From positions 1 to 54,659 of the forward strand of contig CAWVFN010000065.1 of NCBI GenBank assembly GCA_963928475.1: a DNA stretch of 54,659 nucleotides. Reading direction: 5' to 3'. The notes below the pieces were generated by a model. It did no database searches and was not told where the DNA came from. It saw nothing but the letters and a program-made list of their open reading frames with translations. Position 1 is the stretch's first letter. Each line of letters starts with the position of its first letter. Source of the DNA: Bacillota bacterium (GTDB lineage: Bacteria; Bacillota; Dehalobacteriia; UBA7702). The position numbers and the translations under genes are program-made. This document shows, piece after piece, positions 52,916 to 54,659 of the stretch.

Positions 52916-54659
52916 ATGTTTGAGAACGCATTAAAGAAAAGCATAGAAGTAGGGGGACGCACTCTTACTCTGGAAACGGGCAGAATGGCTCGTCAGGCCA
53001 GCGGCGCTATATTTGCCAGTTATGGCGATACTCAGCTTTTGGCCACAGCTACAGGCACCATGGAACCAAGAGAGGGAATAGACTTTTTCCCGCTTACAGT
53101 GGACTATGAAGAAAAAATGTACGCTGTCGGCAAAATTCCCGGTGGTTTTATCAAGAGGGAAGGTCGTCCTACGGAAAAGGCGATATTATCAGACCGTATA
53201 ATTGACCGTCCGGTACGTCCTTTATTCCCTAAAGGTTATAAAAATGACGTGCAGGTAGTAGTTACAGTTATGTCAGTGGAACAGGACAATGCTCCTGACA
53301 TTCTGGCAATCAACGGTGTTTCTGCTGCTTTGCATATTTCTTTTATTCCATTTCTCGGACCTATAGGTGCTGTCAGTGTTGGCCGGGTAGATGGAGAGTT
53401 TGTTATTAATCCTACGGTAGAGCAGATGGAAGCCAGCGATATGTTTATCGCCATGTGCGGCACTAAGGATGCAATCAATATGGTCGAGTGCAAAGCCAAT
53501 GTAGTACCGGAAGAAGTTATTCTGGATGGCTTAATGTACGGTCATGAGGAAATTAAGCGTATAGTAGCCTTTATTGAGGATTTCCGGGCCGAAGCCTTGT
53601 CACGTGGTGTAGCTTCGGAAAAACTTGTTTTCGAGAAGGAGCCCTTTGACGCTGATTTAGAAGCGGCTGTGGGAGCCATGACAAAAGAAAAATTTGACGC
53701 AGCTTTTCGTTATTGCGCTGATGTCAAGATGCCAAAGAAGAAACGGGAAGCCTATTTTGAGGATACGGAGAATCAGATTTTAGCCGCTTTTGAGGAGGAA
53801 CATCCAGAGGAAATAGAAGAAATCAAGGAAATAATCGCCAAATACCAGAAGGAGACTGTACGCCGTATTATTGCCGGCGATAAAATCAGGGTAGACGGCC
53901 GTAACCTTGACGAAGTACGGCCTATTACCTGTGAAGTTGGGGTTTTGGCTCGCACTCATGGCTCAGCCTTGTTTACCAGAGGTGAGACTCAGATCCTCAA
54001 TGTTTGTACGTTAGGTACCATAAGAGATGAACAAACCCTTGATGGTCTTGGTTTAGATGAGAGCAAACGCTATATGCATCATTATAATTTTCCTCCCTTT
54101 AGTGTAGGTGAAGCCCGTCCCATGCGTGGTCCTGGCCGCAGAGAAATTGGTCATGGTGCCTTGGCGGAGAAGGCAGTAGAACCAATGGTGCCAAGTGAAG
54201 ATGTTTTTCCCTATACCCTGCGTCTTGTTTCGGAAGCTTTGGAGTCTAATGGTTCCACTTCCATGGGGAGTGTCTGTGCCAGCACATTGTCTTTGATGGA
54301 CGCTGGTGTGCCCATAAAGGCTCCTGTAGCCGGCGTAGCTATGGGGCTTATCAAAGATGGCGATGATATAACAATTTTAACTGATATTCAAGGTTTGGAA
54401 GACGCTTTAGGTGATATGGACTTTAAAGTAACAGGTACTTCAGAGGGCGTCACCGCTATCCAGATGGATATAAAAATCGCAGGTATTACCAGAGAAGTTT
54501 TTGATGAAGCCTTAAAACAGGCGAAAAAAGGCCGTATGCATATTTTAGGCAAAATGCTGGAAGCCATCAGTGAACCTCGTGCGGAACTGTCTAAATATGC
54601 TCCCCGTATTATCAACACTCAGGTTGATCCTGATAAGATCCGGGAAATAATAGGCAGCG
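52916..54659 (+). CDS. pnp: polyribonucleotide nucleotidyltransferase (PNPase), N-terminal about 581 aa (3' end outside the window)
   Basis: Not in the ORF track because it has no stop within the window. Manual translation from ATG 52916 gives [31 protein letters not shown]... The frame stays open to the window end, and GAGAGGGAAG RBS lies upstream. Confidence 0.93.
   Translation, partial: MFENALKKSIEVGGRTLTLETGRMARQASGAIFASYGDTQLLATATGTMEPREGIDFFPLTVDYEEKMYAVGKIPGGFIKREGRPTEKAILSDRIIDRPVRPLFPKGYKNDVQVVVTVMSVEQDNAPDILAINGVSAALHISFIPFLGPIGAVSVGRVDGEFVINPTVEQMEASDMFIAMCGTKDAINMVECKANVVPEEVILDGLMYGHEEIKRIVAFIEDFRAEALSRGVASEKLVFEKEPFDADLEAAVGAMTKEKFDAAFRYCADVKMPKKKREAYFEDTENQILAAFEEEHPEEIEEIKEIIAKYQKETVRRIIAGDKIRVDGRNLDEVRPITCEVGVLARTHGSALFTRGETQILNVCTLGTIRDEQTLDGLGLDESKRYMHHYNFPPFSVGEARPMRGPGRREIGHGALAEKAVEPMVPSEDVFPYTLRLVSEALESNGSTSMGSVCASTLSLMDAGVPIKAPVAGVAMGLIKDGDDITILTDIQGLEDALGDMDFKVTGTSEGVTAIQMDIKIAGITREVFDEALKQAKKGRMHILGKMLEAISEPRAELSKYAPRIINTQVDPDKIREIIGS

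Overview
This window is a densely packed, mostly plus-strand housekeeping region of a low-GC (roughly 40%) anaerobic Firmicute, by appearance Clostridia- or Negativicutes-like. It joins three gene blocks whose order matches Bacillus subtilis. Block 1 is purine biosynthesis followed by pcrA-ligA: purB (partial), purC, purM, purN, purD, pcrA, ligA, then a single-chain purL and a class II ribonucleotide reductase. Block 2 is nnr, alr, a family-4 uracil-DNA glycosylase, tsaE, a tsaB-rimI fusion and tsaD, continuing to groES-groEL. Block 3 is rimP, nusA, ylxR, ylxQ, infB, rbfA, a DHH phosphoesterase, a truB-ribF fusion, rpsO and pnp (partial). Between the blocks are accessory-type genes: two radical SAM proteins, pduL, a GNAT, DUF378, DUF1294, a metallophosphoesterase, an acidic lipoprotein, a HAD hydrolase, a CooC-like ATPase, a cyclophilin, an EamA transporter, a zinc-ribbon protein, an SOS-box Y-family polymerase, a possible DUF3786 protein, an HD nucleotidase and a polysaccharide deacetylase. 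I saw no CRISPR array, transposase, rRNA or tRNA. The main anomaly is a 1.24 kb stretch (15918-17156) with no credible ORF, lying between a minus-strand aminotransferase and a plus-strand B12-binding radical SAM gene. Its upstream two thirds (about 16441-17010, minus strand) fold into many nested helices. Several of these are valid only on the minus strand, where they form G-U pairs but would be A-C mismatches on plus, and the segment ends in a strong intrinsic terminator. I read this as a large ornate ncRNA that I cannot assign to a family by eye. The remaining third (16100-16440) looks like a second structured element, or a leader, with a compact pseudoknot and a chain of mutually exclusive hairpins ending in a terminator upstream of the aminotransferase. 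Other notable signals are a five-site DnaA-box cluster just downstream of tsaD, a perfect 41 bp palindrome over the promoter of the EamA transporter, a perfect CIRCE operator before groES, a LexA box over the polymerase promoter, and a terminator-like hairpin in the rimP-nusA leader. All calls rest on reading the sequence and on motif memory. No database search or folding program was run.
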